Source: Spirochaetia bacterium
GTDB lineage: Bacteria > Spirochaetota > Spirochaetia > SZUA-6 > Bin103
Assembly: GCA_965203905.1 (NCBI GenBank)
Contig: CBDBDQ010000005.1
Span: forward strand, 1,184,001 to 1,248,000
Reading direction: 5' to 3'
Length of the DNA: 64,000 nt
Part shown: in pieces, positions 19,950-29,866 of the stretch
Layout: every line of letters starts with the position of its first letter
Numbering within the stretch: position 1 is the first letter of the stretch
Made by a program: the position numbers and the translations under genes
The notes under the pieces: model-generated
Databases searched by the model: none
Seen by the model: the letters and a program-made list of their open reading frames with translations, nothing else
Told to the model about the DNA's origin: nothing

Positions 19950-21334
19950 TCACGTCACCGAGTCTCGCGGTACGGAGCGCTGCCGGCGATCGTGCCGATA
20001 ACGGTGGTGAGCCGCGCACCGAAGTCTCAAATTACCCGGCTCCGCTCCGCCGCCCACCGCGACCGGAACCACGTGGTCGAGCTCCAGGAAGAACCGTGAA
20101 CCACAGCGCCGGCCGGTATACCGGTCGACGAAGGTGCAACAGCCCTGATCGCGTCGCCAAACCTCTCGTTTCACCGCAACCGGAATCGATCTGCCGGACG
20201 CGACACGGGAATTCGCCGGCGTAATCGGCTCCTCCGATCCCGCGCCGCCGGCGCCGCGATCCGGAATCGATCTGCCGGTTGCGACGCGCCGCTTCGGCGC
20301 CGAAGTGAGCTCTGTCGCCTCCGCGCCGCCGGCACTCCTGCCATGATCTGCAGGCGGCGCCACCCGCTTCGGCGCCGAAGTGCTGCCGGTCGTCTGCTTC
20401 GTGGACTGCTTCGTTGCGGAACGGGTCGTCGGGGGCGGCGCGGACTTCCCGGATTGACACGGGTTCTGCGCCGCGGCGGCATCGCGATCCGCCGTCTCCG
20501 GCACCGGTGTCCGCGAGGAACGCTCGTCGCTCGCAGGATCGGGCTTGTTCCGCTTCGGCGCGGCGGCCGGCTCGGATCGTAGCGCTCCACCCCCTCGCGC
20601 ACCAACCGCCCCACGAATTGTCCGACCGTCAGGTGCGGATCCACGTGCGACAGCAACTCCCGCAACTGCTGCAGTCCCTGCTGACACTCGGCGTCGATCA
20701 CCGCCTTCAGCTCCCAGCGCCCGTCCCCCAGCGCCCGCAGCCGCTCGGCGGGCGCCGCCGACTCGGGATCCACCTCCGCCAGCATCTGCTGCACCTGGCG
20801 CGTGCTCTTGCCCATCGCTCGTTCCACCAGCCGCTGCCGGGCGCCAGCATCCAGCACCGGTACCGGCGCCGGCGCATCCGCCGCCTTGCCCGGGACCGCC
20901 ACGGGAGCCGAGCCGGCGCGCCGCGCGCCATTGGTTCCGGAGCCCGCCGATCCGGCGGCGGCCGGCCCGGCTCCGCTCCGGTCCCAGCGCTCGAAGGAGT
21001 TCTGCAACAGGGCCGCGTTGCTCAGGTTCAGCGAGCCGTCCTGCAGCCACGCGCGCACCCCGCGGGTCTCGCGGCACAAACGCATGGCCTTTATACGGCG
21101 CCACGCGGATGCCTCGGTATAGTGCAACTCGCGCACGGTGTAGTCGAACAGGCTGGAGTAGCCGAGGCGCAGATACAGGCGCCGCGCCTCGATCTCTCGC
21201 AGGTGGTCGAGGACGCTGAGCTGCAGCGCCTGCTCGTGGCGGGCGAGCATCCTGGTCCGCTCCAGCAGCACCTGATCGGGGAGCAGCGCGACGGTGGAGA
21301 TGAGCTCCTCGGAGGCTGCGTTGGTCACGTTCAT
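19950..21334 (-). pseudogene. DUF222-like HNH endonuclease, frameshifted near 20555
   Basis: N-terminal LDHLREIEARRLY..LGYSSLFDY domain in ORF 20171..21334; HNH part RDQGCC..C..LELDHVVP..GG..NLRLRCAAHH in another frame. Confidence 0.85.
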
Positions 21335-21694
21335 CGTGGCGTAAATATACTACTGGATTGAAAATGACATGAATTGACAGGTCTCCGACGGGCGTCGGAG
21401 ATGCTTCAGGACGGGTGCCAGCGGGGCGCTATCGAGCCGGTCGGCACCAAGTGTTCTTTGGAGACTCGGAAGCGCCGCAACGGCCCGTACGCGGCCGTCA
21501 TGAGCCCTTCAGAATGCGTCAAGTGTTTTCTGCAGCTTTTCCGCGGTTTTTTTCCGGATCGTCGGCCGGCGGCATCGGTGGCGTCATGATATCTGCTGCA
21601 CCGCCGCCGATAAGCCGGCCGACATCGTGTCGCGTATGCCGCGTGGACCCCGCCGCCGTCCGGCAGAGGCGGCGGGGTCGGATCGTTGTCTGCG

Positions 21695-22762
21695 CTAGTT
21701 TACCGCTGGAGGTACCGGCGCGGGGGCGAGCGTAACGGACCGCTCCCCGCACGCGCCGTAACTGACCGTGATGGTGTTGCCGGCGCTGCTCACCTGGAAG
21801 CTGCCGCCGGTGAAGACGGTCGGGCAGTTGACCGCGTCGTAGTTGAGTCCCGCGGATTTTACCTCGAGGTCGATCTCCGCGGCCTCAACGGCCTGTACCG
21901 CCTGCTCGCACGCATCGCGCATGCTTGCGTCCACCTGCGTGCAGTCTCTGGGCTGCACCGAGAGGTCGAACATCCCGTCGACGGTCATGCTGCCGGCCGC
22001 GAACGAACCGGTGAGCGCGGCGTCATACTGGTGTGCAAGACCGGTCCGGCTGTACAGGATTCCGAGCGCGGCAGATCCGTCGAAATCTATCGCGTACGCG
22101 CCAGGGCCAGATGCGTCCGCATCCAGCAACGCCTCTACGCCCACCGATAACAGAGGAACTCCATCGACGAGTATGGCGTATTCGAGTTCCTCGACGTCGG
22201 CCCTGACGCCGCTTGCCCGATTCATGTCGTCGTCGTCCATGAGCTTTAGACGGGCCGTTCCGGCGACCGAGAGCGGAAGCAAGGAAGGGCTCTCCGGGGG
22301 ACTCTCGGGGATGATGTCGCAGGCGTAGGTGCGCGTTTCGTCGACTGGATAGTTGTCGCCGTCGCTGTCAGTTGCATCTGGCCCCATCGAGGCCATCTGA
22401 CAGAGATCAAGATCAATCACCTCAGCTTCGGCTTCAGCTCCCGCGGGGAGGTCTCCCGGCACCAGTACCAGTACTGCCTTAGGATCGACGAGGCTTTCGG
22501 GATCGAGGAGCGCGCCGATCATCTTACCCAGCGACGCTTCAACTGTGTCCGCCGGAAAGGTGTCTTCCGGCTCGGGGGGCTCGGGGGGCTCCGGCGGTTC
22601 CGGGGGCTCTGTCGGTTCGGTTGGCTTGGTGGGCTCGGGCTTGCTGGTCATTTGCGGACAAGCCATGAGCCCGAGACACAGGAAGGCCACGGCGAGGACC
22701 TGCCACGCGCGCAGCCGGCGCGGGTGGTGGTGAAAAGCGAGAGAGGAAAACTGAGCCTTCAT
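21695..22762 (-). CDS. Lipoprotein of unknown function
   Basis: Lipobox LMAC, PEP-rich linker, RBS ggagg. Confidence 0.75.
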   Translation of the reverse strand: MKAQFSSLAFHHHPRRLRAWQVLAVAFLCLGLMACPQMTSKPEPTKPTEPTEPPEPPEPPEPPEPEDTFPADTVEASLGKMIGALLDPESLVDPKAVLVLVPGDLPAGAEAEAEVIDLDLCQMASMGPDATDSDGDNYPVDETRTYACDIIPESPPESPSLLPLSVAGTARLKLMDDDDMNRASGVRADVEELEYAILVDGVPLLSVGVEALLDADASGPGAYAIDFDGSAALGILYSRTGLAHQYDAALTGSFAAGSMTVDGMFDLSVQPRDCTQVDASMRDACEQAVQAVEAAEIDLEVKSAGLNYDAVNCPTVFTGGSFQVSSAGNTITVSYGACGERSVTLAPAPVPPAVN

Positions 22763-22943
22763 CGAAGACCTCCATTCTTGTTCGGCGTCGCGACGCCGTC
22801 ACCGATATGGTACCGGCCGCGGTGTGCCGGGGGCCAAGGCGGTCGGCGCCTGATGCCTGCCACTCCGCGAATCTGTCTCGCGGCGGCTGCGGGCCGCGCC
22901 GATATATATCTAGAATATCGGAAAATCGAGGAACATACGCACT

Positions 22944-25757
22944 GTGTCATATCAAATACTTCCACACGCTGTCCTGCGGTTCGTTCTCCTGCGGACCCTG
23001 CCAGGTGCCTTTGCGATTGCCCTGGCGCTGTCCGGCTGCGAGGGACCCAGCGCGGCCGAGGAACCGGACCCTGACACCGCGCCCGAGTTCAGGGGCAGCG
23101 TAGACTCGCCAACCTTCAAGGAGCTGGCTCCCATCGAGCCGCTCACGCTCCCGCGCGCCGGCGGCGGCAATGGCAGCCTGCGCTATTCCCTGGGGCCGGA
23201 GATTCCACCTGGATTGCGCTTCGACCGAGGCAGCCGCAAGCTCACGGGCACCCCGCAACTGACCGGCGACGGCCCCGTAACCTACCGCATGACCTACCGG
23301 GTCGAAGACGCGGACGACAACGACTCCTCGCGAGACGCCGACACGTTGCGGTTTTCGATCACGATTCTGCCGCTGACGGTGCTGGAAACGGTTGCGTCTT
23401 CGATTGCCGCGGAAGCCGAGGGCCGGCTCGAGTTCGAGTCGCTGCCTCTGCCAAGCGGCGGCCCCGTCATCACGCTGTCGGGAAGCTCGACCATCGTGGC
23501 CGGCGGCGCGTTCTTCGTGCAGGTCACTCCCGAGCCCGGCGCCACGGTCGACACCCTTCTCGCCTCGGTCGAGCGGGAGTCTGCCGGCTACTACGAGATT
23601 GACGTGCGCGGCGCCGCTCCGCCCTATCTGCTGGTCGGACAGGTGCCGTACGATCTCGACCCGACCCGCTCGATGGTCGGCATGTGCGTCACGGCGGTGC
23701 ATGCGACCGACCGGGTGGGAACCACCGAGTGTCTCGACATGGCCGTCGGCAACGTCGTCACCAGCGACGTGCAGATCATCCTGTCGTGGGATGCCGACAG
23801 TGCCGTCGATCTCCTGGTGCTGGACCCGGAGGGGGATGCCATGGACCGGAGCGCGCCGGGGAGCCTCGGTCCCGACTCCAACCCCTCCTGCGATGCCCTC
23901 GACCGCGTCCGCAACGAACACGTCGCGTGGTCCGCGGGCAGCGAGCCGCCGGGCGTCTATGCCGTGCGCGTACGTCTCCAGGACAGGTGTGACACGTTCG
24001 AAACCAACTTCGTGGTCACGGTAAAGCACGGCCAGGACACGAGCACCTTCTCCGGCAAGCTCAAGCGTCCCGGCGAGGAGGTGGCGGTCGCCTCCTTCCG
24101 GGAGCCGGGCCCCACGCCGCCGGCGGTGATCCGGGATGGGATCACCGAAACGTACGGTGGCAGCGGCAACGAGGTGTTCTCCCTCAATCCCGCGGGGGAG
24201 ATCCTCGACGAGACCCCCTTCACGCTGCAGCTCGGCAACGCCGCGGCAGATGTGTATCTGATCGCCACCAACACCGGCCACCACCCGATGCAGCCTCAGG
24301 TCGTGCGCCTCGACCGGACGGCGAGCGCCGCGGCCGGGCAGCCGGTCGGCGCCGCCGGGCGCCGGGCGCAGCGCAGCTCCGCCGGAATCTCCTCGGCCGC
24401 GGGACGCCCGTGGGTCACGGAGTTCAACAACGAGTCACCGCTGCCGCCCCGCGCATGCCGGGCCAATCAGCAGACCCCGCAGCCGGTCACGGAGAACATC
24501 ACAAGCGTGTCGTTTCTGGATGCGGACCCGGGACAGCCCATCGCGGCTACCGCGCGCAAGGTGGTCGTGGACGGCACCACCACGCTGGTGGTGTGGGTAG
24601 CCGACGAGGACTGGGAGACCTGCACCGATTGCGTCAGGGCGGAGATGGTCGACGCGCTCGCCAACAGCTTCCTGCAGCCGGACGAACCCAACGACATCTT
24701 CCAACTGGTCACGGCCATCTTCGGCATGCCATGGGGTACGCATGACCGCCAGTGCCTGATTCCCGCCGCGGCCGCCGATGAGCTCCACATCCTGCTGTAC
24801 GACATCGACGACGACGGGCTGCCGGCGGCAGGCCAAACCCGGGATCGCGGCTTCTTCTGGTCCAAGGACAACTACCGGAGAGACTCGTCAGGTGCCGTTA
24901 CCGCTACCTCGAACGAGCGCCTGATGTTCTATCTCGATGCACCGCTCCTGGCGCAGTCCGACGGTCCGACCTGGGAGATCACCGACCCCGGCCCGAGACA
25001 GGCCCTCGCGACACTGATCCACGAACTGCAGCACATGATTCATTTCTACCAGAAGAGGGTCAGGCATGGCGTCGCCAGCGAGACCTGGCTCAACGAGATG
25101 GCCTCGGAAGTAGGCGAGGACCTGATGGCCGAGAAGCTGGCGATCGCCGGAGTTGACGGGCCGCGCGCGGTGGCGCATGACCGGGCGACGGACGGGAGTC
25201 AGGAGAACACCGGCGGCCGGCTGCCGTTGTACAACCTGTACAACGACATTCGCGTCACCACCTGGGATGGAACCGCGCGCAACTCCGCCATCAACTACGC
25301 GCTGGGCGCGTACCTGGCGCGCAGCTACGGCGGCGCCGCGCTGTTCAGCGACATGGTGCAGAGCAGGTGGTCGGGCGTCGCGGCAGTCGAATCGGCCCTG
25401 GGAGCGGCCCACTCGGTTTCGTTCGGGGAGGTGCTGGTGGACTGGGCGGTGGCCAACCTGCTGTCCGACAGTCTCCAGGCGCCTCATCCCTACACCTACA
25501 ACTCCGGGGGCTGGAGCACCTCGCGGGCCGGAGGCGTGACGTTCCGGCTCGGCTCGATCAATCTCTACCACTACCGCTACGAGTCGGAGTCCTTCTCCCT
25601 GGAGGGACCGTTCCTGTACTCCCTCGAGGGGTTCAACGAGCGCACCCAGCCGCCGCACTCCAACATGTATGCGACGCTGGGCCGCAATTCCGGGACCGTG
25701 CGCCTGCGCGTCAGCACGGTGAGCGGCAACCGCATTACGGTAGTGGTCAAGGAGTGA
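22944..25757 (+). CDS. Lipoprotein: putative Ig domain + YfaP-like domain + M30-type Zn metallopeptidase
   Basis: Lipobox LSGC, LTLP.A.GGNG.L.YSL...PGL.F, LSWD...DL.V.DP, HELQHMIH...WLNE. Confidence 0.85.
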   Translation: MSYQILPHAVLRFVLLRTLPGAFAIALALSGCEGPSAAEEPDPDTAPEFRGSVDSPTFKELAPIEPLTLPRAGGGNGSLRYSLGPEIPPGLRFDRGSRKLTGTPQLTGDGPVTYRMTYRVEDADDNDSSRDADTLRFSITILPLTVLETVASSIAAEAEGRLEFESLPLPSGGPVITLSGSSTIVAGGAFFVQVTPEPGATVDTLLASVERESAGYYEIDVRGAAPPYLLVGQVPYDLDPTRSMVGMCVTAVHATDRVGTTECLDMAVGNVVTSDVQIILSWDADSAVDLLVLDPEGDAMDRSAPGSLGPDSNPSCDALDRVRNEHVAWSAGSEPPGVYAVRVRLQDRCDTFETNFVVTVKHGQDTSTFSGKLKRPGEEVAVASFREPGPTPPAVIRDGITETYGGSGNEVFSLNPAGEILDETPFTLQLGNAAADVYLIATNTGHHPMQPQVVRLDRTASAAAGQPVGAAGRRAQRSSAGISSAAGRPWVTEFNNESPLPPRACRANQQTPQPVTENITSVSFLDADPGQPIAATARKVVVDGTTTLVVWVADEDWETCTDCVRAEMVDALANSFLQPDEPNDIFQLVTAIFGMPWGTHDRQCLIPAAAADELHILLYDIDDDGLPAAGQTRDRGFFWSKDNYRRDSSGAVTATSNERLMFYLDAPLLAQSDGPTWEITDPGPRQALATLIHELQHMIHFYQKRVRHGVASETWLNEMASEVGEDLMAEKLAIAGVDGPRAVAHDRATDGSQENTGGRLPLYNLYNDIRVTTWDGTARNSAINYALGAYLARSYGGAALFSDMVQSRWSGVAAVESALGAAHSVSFGEVLVDWAVANLLSDSLQAPHPYTYNSGGWSTSRAGGVTFRLGSINLYHYRYESESFSLEGPFLYSLEGFNERTQPPHSNMYATLGRNSGTVRLRVSTVSGNRITVVVKE

Positions 25758-25789
25758 CCGGGCGCTGAACGAAGTTCAGGAGGTATCCG

Positions 25790-26554
25790 ATGCGAATTCG
25801 CGCCCTGTGCGGTGCCGTAAGCGGGCTTCTGCTCTCGCTTACCCCGGTCTTCGGCGACAACCACACTGCAGCTTCCGGCTTCTACTTCGGACTGGGCGCC
25901 GCGATGAATTTCGCCGATGAGACGACGGAGAATTCCTCCGTGAGGATTGCAGACGATCTCGGCGCGGCCGGATTGCGATTCTACGACTCCTCCTGGGTGT
26001 TCGAGCCCGGTTACACGTTCAGCGGAGCAGCCGGTTACGCGTTTGGGAACATTCGCGTCGAAGGGGAGTTTTCCTACACCACGAGCAGTATCGGGCACTG
26101 GTCCTGGGTGCTGCGCGACGCCAATGGCAACGTCATCAACCGCACCTTCATCGAGCGGCGGCTGGATTCGTTCGGCATGATGGCCAACGCCTGGTTCGAC
26201 ATCGATGGCGGCATGCCGGTAACGCCCTACCTCGGCGGTGGGTTGGGCGCGGTATACCTGGCGGCGGTGGAGAACGAGTGGGGCGAGTCGGCCGGCACCG
26301 TGGACCTCGGCGACTATGACTTCCTGGAGGCCGCCGGTGTCGGCATCGGCTTCCACGTCGGCGCGGGATTCGGCATCGATCTGCTCGACTCGCTGCAACT
26401 CCGGCTCGGCTATCGGGCGACCGCCGTCATGGCGGCGCAACTGGCGGAAGAGCGCGACACCGGCACCGGGACCGACACCTACCCGAGGACCCACCATGTC
26501 CCAACCCTGCTGGATCAGCGTATCGAACTGCGCCTGAGTTACCAGTCTTACTAG
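25790..26554 (+). CDS. Outer-membrane beta-barrel protein (OmpA/opacity-like)
   Basis: Signal peptide, GFYFGLG, GYAFGNIRVEGE, MANAWFD, TPYLGGGLG, aromatic C-terminus. Confidence 0.8.
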   Translation: MRIRALCGAVSGLLLSLTPVFGDNHTAASGFYFGLGAAMNFADETTENSSVRIADDLGAAGLRFYDSSWVFEPGYTFSGAAGYAFGNIRVEGEFSYTTSSIGHWSWVLRDANGNVINRTFIERRLDSFGMMANAWFDIDGGMPVTPYLGGGLGAVYLAAVENEWGESAGTVDLGDYDFLEAAGVGIGFHVGAGFGIDLLDSLQLRLGYRATAVMAAQLAEERDTGTGTDTYPRTHHVPTLLDQRIELRLSYQSY

Positions 26555-26637
26555 CCGCGGTGGTCACGCGCAGGGAGGCAGGAGCCGCCGAACCACGCCG
26601 GGGGTGCCGGCGGGCGACAACGCCACGGTGCGGCTCT

Positions 26638-26745
26638 CCACCTCACGTCGGCCGGGTTGCGGTCTGATTGGTGCGGCCGAAGCTACGCGGCCGAAAGCCC
26701 TCCCGGTTGGTGATGCTGGCGCTGCTGCCGGTCGCTCTGATGACA
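26638..26745 (-). repeat. 108-bp copy of the 3' end of the coiled-coil PD-(D/E)XK gene (other copy 34946-35053)
   Basis: Two mismatches seen between the copies; encodes VIRATGSSASITNREGFRPRSF... Confidence 0.85.
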
Positions 26746-27042
26746 ATGGCGAACACCTGGGTTTGCTCTTTGAATGACGTCAACACCATCACCACAAGCG
26801 GGAGGGCGAAGAAGCCGGCAGTCGCAAACACTAGCACATAGAGGACGACCTTTCCCGATGAGTTGAAGACCGCCGTTCGTACAGCAGTCGCCGTGCGTAC
26901 ACTAGTCATAGTGCACCCACCCCTTAGCCATCCGAAAGTTAGCTAGAGTGAGCACGAGCACAATCACCAGCAGCACCCAAGAAAGCGCCGAGGCGTAGCC
27001 CATACGAAACGTGCTGAAGGCGTTCTGGAAGATATAGACGGC
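26746..27042 (-). pseudogene. Orphan fragment of a carbohydrate ABC transporter operon (end of permease 1 + start of permease 2)
   Basis: Manual translation AVYIFQNAFSTFRMGYASALSWVLL...WVHYD* overlapping MTSV...LPLVVMVLTSFKE. Confidence 0.8.
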
Positions 27043-27104
27043 GCCGGCTTGCCTGCGATGCAACCGCCCACTATGCTGACCCCCCCCCGTGAGGAGGTGG
27101 CGCG

Positions 27105-27282
27105 ATGAGCAGCTCGACAGCCGCCCCGGTTGCGGTCGAGTACCCCGACTCGGACGGCAAGCCCTTGGCGGAGAGCGACTTTCAGTTCGGCTACCTGGCC
27201 TATGCGCGGGAACGGTTGCGCGGAAGCGCGGGTTGCAGAGCTGGAGGCCAAGCTGCGCGACCGCGGTTCCGCTGAACCGTAA
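27105..27282 (+). pseudogene. Internally deleted Uma2 endonuclease gene
   Basis: MSSSTAAPVAVEYPDSDGKPLAESDFQ... joined to EARVAELEAKLRDR...; matches both ends of 53731-54549. Confidence 0.8.
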
Positions 27283-27287
27283 CCCGC

Positions 27288-28241
27288 GTGGACGTCGCCA
27301 ACCCCATCTACGACGTGGTGTTCAAGTACCTGATGCAGAACGACCGCGTCGCGCGCCTGCTGATCGGCAGGATCACCGGACTGGCGGTGCAGTCGCTCAC
27401 CGTCAGCCCGCAGGAGACCGCCGTGCGCCGCACCCGCGACGCCCCCGCGCATGACCTGCCGCTGACCCTGCTGCGCATGGACTTCGCGGCCCGCGTGCGC
27501 ACCGCCGACGGCAGTGAGCGGCAGGTGCTGATCGAGATTCAAAAGGCCAACGCGCCCACCGTGATCGAGCGCTTCCGGCGCTACCTGGGCCAGCAGATCG
27601 GCAGCGGCGACAACATCCTCACCCATCCGTCGGGGCGCACCGAGGCGGTGCCGATCGTGACCATCTACTTCCTGGGCTACGCGCTGGATGAGCTGTCGGA
27701 CGAGGCGGTGATCGATGTCTGTCCGCGGGTGACCGAGCGGCGCACGGGGCGGGAGCTGGAGGCGAGCCATCCGCTGGTGGAGGGGATCCATCACCGCAGC
27801 CACATCATCCAGATTCCGCGGCTGGCGAGCCGGCGGCGGGACGAACTGGAGCGGCTGCTGGCGATCTTCGATCAGGGACTGGTGAAGGGCAACGGACGGG
27901 GTGACGCGCACGTGCTGACGATCGAAGAAGGGGAGTATCCGGAGGAGTGCGCCTTCGTGCTGCGGCAGTTGCGGGAGGCGATGGCGGAAGAAGACGTGCG
28001 GCGCACCATGGAGGGGGAGGACCTGCTGCTGCGCGACTCGATGCTGTTGGCGCGGCAGGTGGAGCATCACGAGCGGCGTGCGGAGCAGGAGCGGCAGCGG
28101 GCGCAGCGAGCGGAGCGGGCGCGGCGCGTGTTGCTGGCGCAGGCGATCCGCCGACTGCATGACCTGGGGCAGGATGTCGAAGCGATCGCCGCGGCGCTGG
28201 CAGTGGATGCGGACGAGGTGCGGCGCGTGCTGGCCGGGTGA
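27288..28241 (+). CDS. Rpn-like PD-(D/E)XK nuclease family protein
   Basis: VANPIYDVVFKYLM, RMDFAA, VLIEIQKA, RFRRYLG; paralog of 4384-5358. Confidence 0.75.
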   Translation: MDVANPIYDVVFKYLMQNDRVARLLIGRITGLAVQSLTVSPQETAVRRTRDAPAHDLPLTLLRMDFAARVRTADGSERQVLIEIQKANAPTVIERFRRYLGQQIGSGDNILTHPSGRTEAVPIVTIYFLGYALDELSDEAVIDVCPRVTERRTGRELEASHPLVEGIHHRSHIIQIPRLASRRRDELERLLAIFDQGLVKGNGRGDAHVLTIEEGEYPEECAFVLRQLREAMAEEDVRRTMEGEDLLLRDSMLLARQVEHHERRAEQERQRAQRAERARRVLLAQAIRRLHDLGQDVEAIAAALAVDADEVRRVLAG

Positions 28242-28340
28242 CGGCCCTGCAGGCGAGACGTGCGTGCGGCCGACCGCGCACCTGAACTCGGCGAGTCGTT
28301 CCAGCCGCACGAACGCCGTAGCGTTACCAAGACCCGTCAA

Positions 28341-29036
28341 TCACAGCTTGTCCCGTCCCTTGTCTGAGGGGGCCGGGGCCATCAGCTCCGCGACCAGCTT
28401 CTCGAATGCTCTCTCATATTCCCCGACCGCGATGGCGCCGGCTTCCAGTTTCGCGTTCAGTTCCGGTATGCGTAATTCCGCCGCCCGTTGATATAGGAAG
28501 CGGGGAAGGATCTGCCGTTCGCCGCCGAAGCACTTCGATGTGACGACATAAAGGTGACTCAACAGGGTCTCCAGGACCTCCGGGAACGTCCCGTGTCGGT
28601 CGCAGCCGTGGGCGAGGAACTTCACGTCAGGATGCCTCCATGCTTTCAAGTCGTTGATGTGGAACACGGCGTTCCGCACCCTGGTCAATCCCGACAGGAA
28701 TCTGCACCGATCCTCCAGCCCATCGAGAAACGCTTCAAGGCCGGCGTCCTCCAGGTCGGGTCTGACCATCTTCAGCTTCTGGTAGTTGTCCAGACACTGG
28801 GACAGCAGCGCGGCAATGAAGCAGGTCACGGCGCGAGCGTGGGTGGCCAACTGGGCTTCCCCTGGTGGCACGTTGAGCAGCCCGATATCGTACTGTTCGA
28901 GGTTTGGGTCCTTGGGGAGCGACCGACGTACGAAGGACATGATCATGGCCAGGTTGGTCCTCATGGTCTGGAAGATCGCCACAGCCTGAAGCGCCGACTC
29001 GATGTCGGACAAGTCGAGTTCACTGTGTTCATGCAT
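28341..29036 (-). CDS. Helical protein with HEPN-like Rx4H motif
   Basis: LTRVRNAVFH; start overlaps the upstream paralog's stop. Confidence 0.6.
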   Translation of the reverse strand: MHEHSELDLSDIESALQAVAIFQTMRTNLAMIMSFVRRSLPKDPNLEQYDIGLLNVPPGEAQLATHARAVTCFIAALLSQCLDNYQKLKMVRPDLEDAGLEAFLDGLEDRCRFLSGLTRVRNAVFHINDLKAWRHPDVKFLAHGCDRHGTFPEVLETLLSHLYVVTSKCFGGERQILPRFLYQRAAELRIPELNAKLEAGAIAVGEYERAFEKLVAELMAPAPSDKGRDKL

Positions 29037-29715
29037 GGTCAGATCCCGACAGCGATGACGCCAACCGGCTCAACCAGGCTTCGTAGGCGACCGCGCCCTC
29101 AAGCAGCGAAGACACGATGCTGTCCTGCTCCCGGAATGCCTCCACGAAGGCCGTTTGGTCGACCATCGTGTCGTGCCGCTCATGGAGCAGCGAGTATCTG
29201 GCGGCCTTGAGACGCTGGAGCAAGTCAGGGCGTTCATTGCACCAGATGTCGAACTCGTCATCCTGAAACATTGGTCGGTCGCGAGCCAGTTTCCGGTATC
29301 TGGCGACCATCGCATCAAGCAGACAGAGTGCTATCTGCAGCGGCCCAAAATGGTACTTCATGGTCTCTTGCGGGGCATCGAGATACAGCATCGTGCGGAT
29401 ACCACCGATCTCCTTCGCGGTTTCCATCTGCAGGTCGCGGAAGGCCTCATCGCCAGTTGGCATCTCCGAGTGACCAAGACGGTGGAGAGTGCGGTGGAGT
29501 TGCTCATCACGGTCCGCAACGAGCGCCAGAGCGGACCTGAGGAAGTGCGAGTGCTGGCACAACGCGCCGAAGATATCTTTGTCGCGCTTCTTCATTCGGG
29601 GTCGCGGTTTCTCGCTGCCTGGCATCGGCTCCGTCGTCGCGCCGTACCGCGTCTGCGAACCTGCGAACCTGGTACAAGCGCTGCGGGTTTCCGGCGTCGT
29701 GGCTGCAATGTACAC
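29029..29715 (-). CDS. Helical protein with HEPN-like Rx4H motif (start probably 29625 or 29595)
   Basis: LKAARYSLLH; similar to 28341-29036 around Y.KL...RP...D. Confidence 0.55.
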   Translation of the reverse strand: MYIAATTPETRSACTRFAGSQTRYGATTEPMPGSEKPRPRMKKRDKDIFGALCQHSHFLRSALALVADRDEQLHRTLHRLGHSEMPTGDEAFRDLQMETAKEIGGIRTMLYLDAPQETMKYHFGPLQIALCLLDAMVARYRKLARDRPMFQDDEFDIWCNERPDLLQRLKAARYSLLHERHDTMVDQTAFVEAFREQDSIVSSLLEGAVAYEAWLSRLASSLSGSDHA

Positions 29716-29745
29716 CGAAAAGGCGCTTGTATTCTCGTCGTAAGC

Positions 29746-29866
29746 ATGGTGGCGAGCCGGACGAGGCGCTCAACCAGCCGCACGACAAGTACTTCCACCG
29801 CGTGTTCTCTAACGAGCGCGCCGCCGCCAGCCTGATGCGCACCTGCGTGCCGCAGCCACTCGCCGC
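29746..29866 (+). pseudogene. N-terminal fragment of an Rpn/YhgA-like gene
   Basis: QPHDKYFHRVFSNERAAASLMR; cut at the MITE end gaatgcaccc (29867-29876). Confidence 0.7.
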
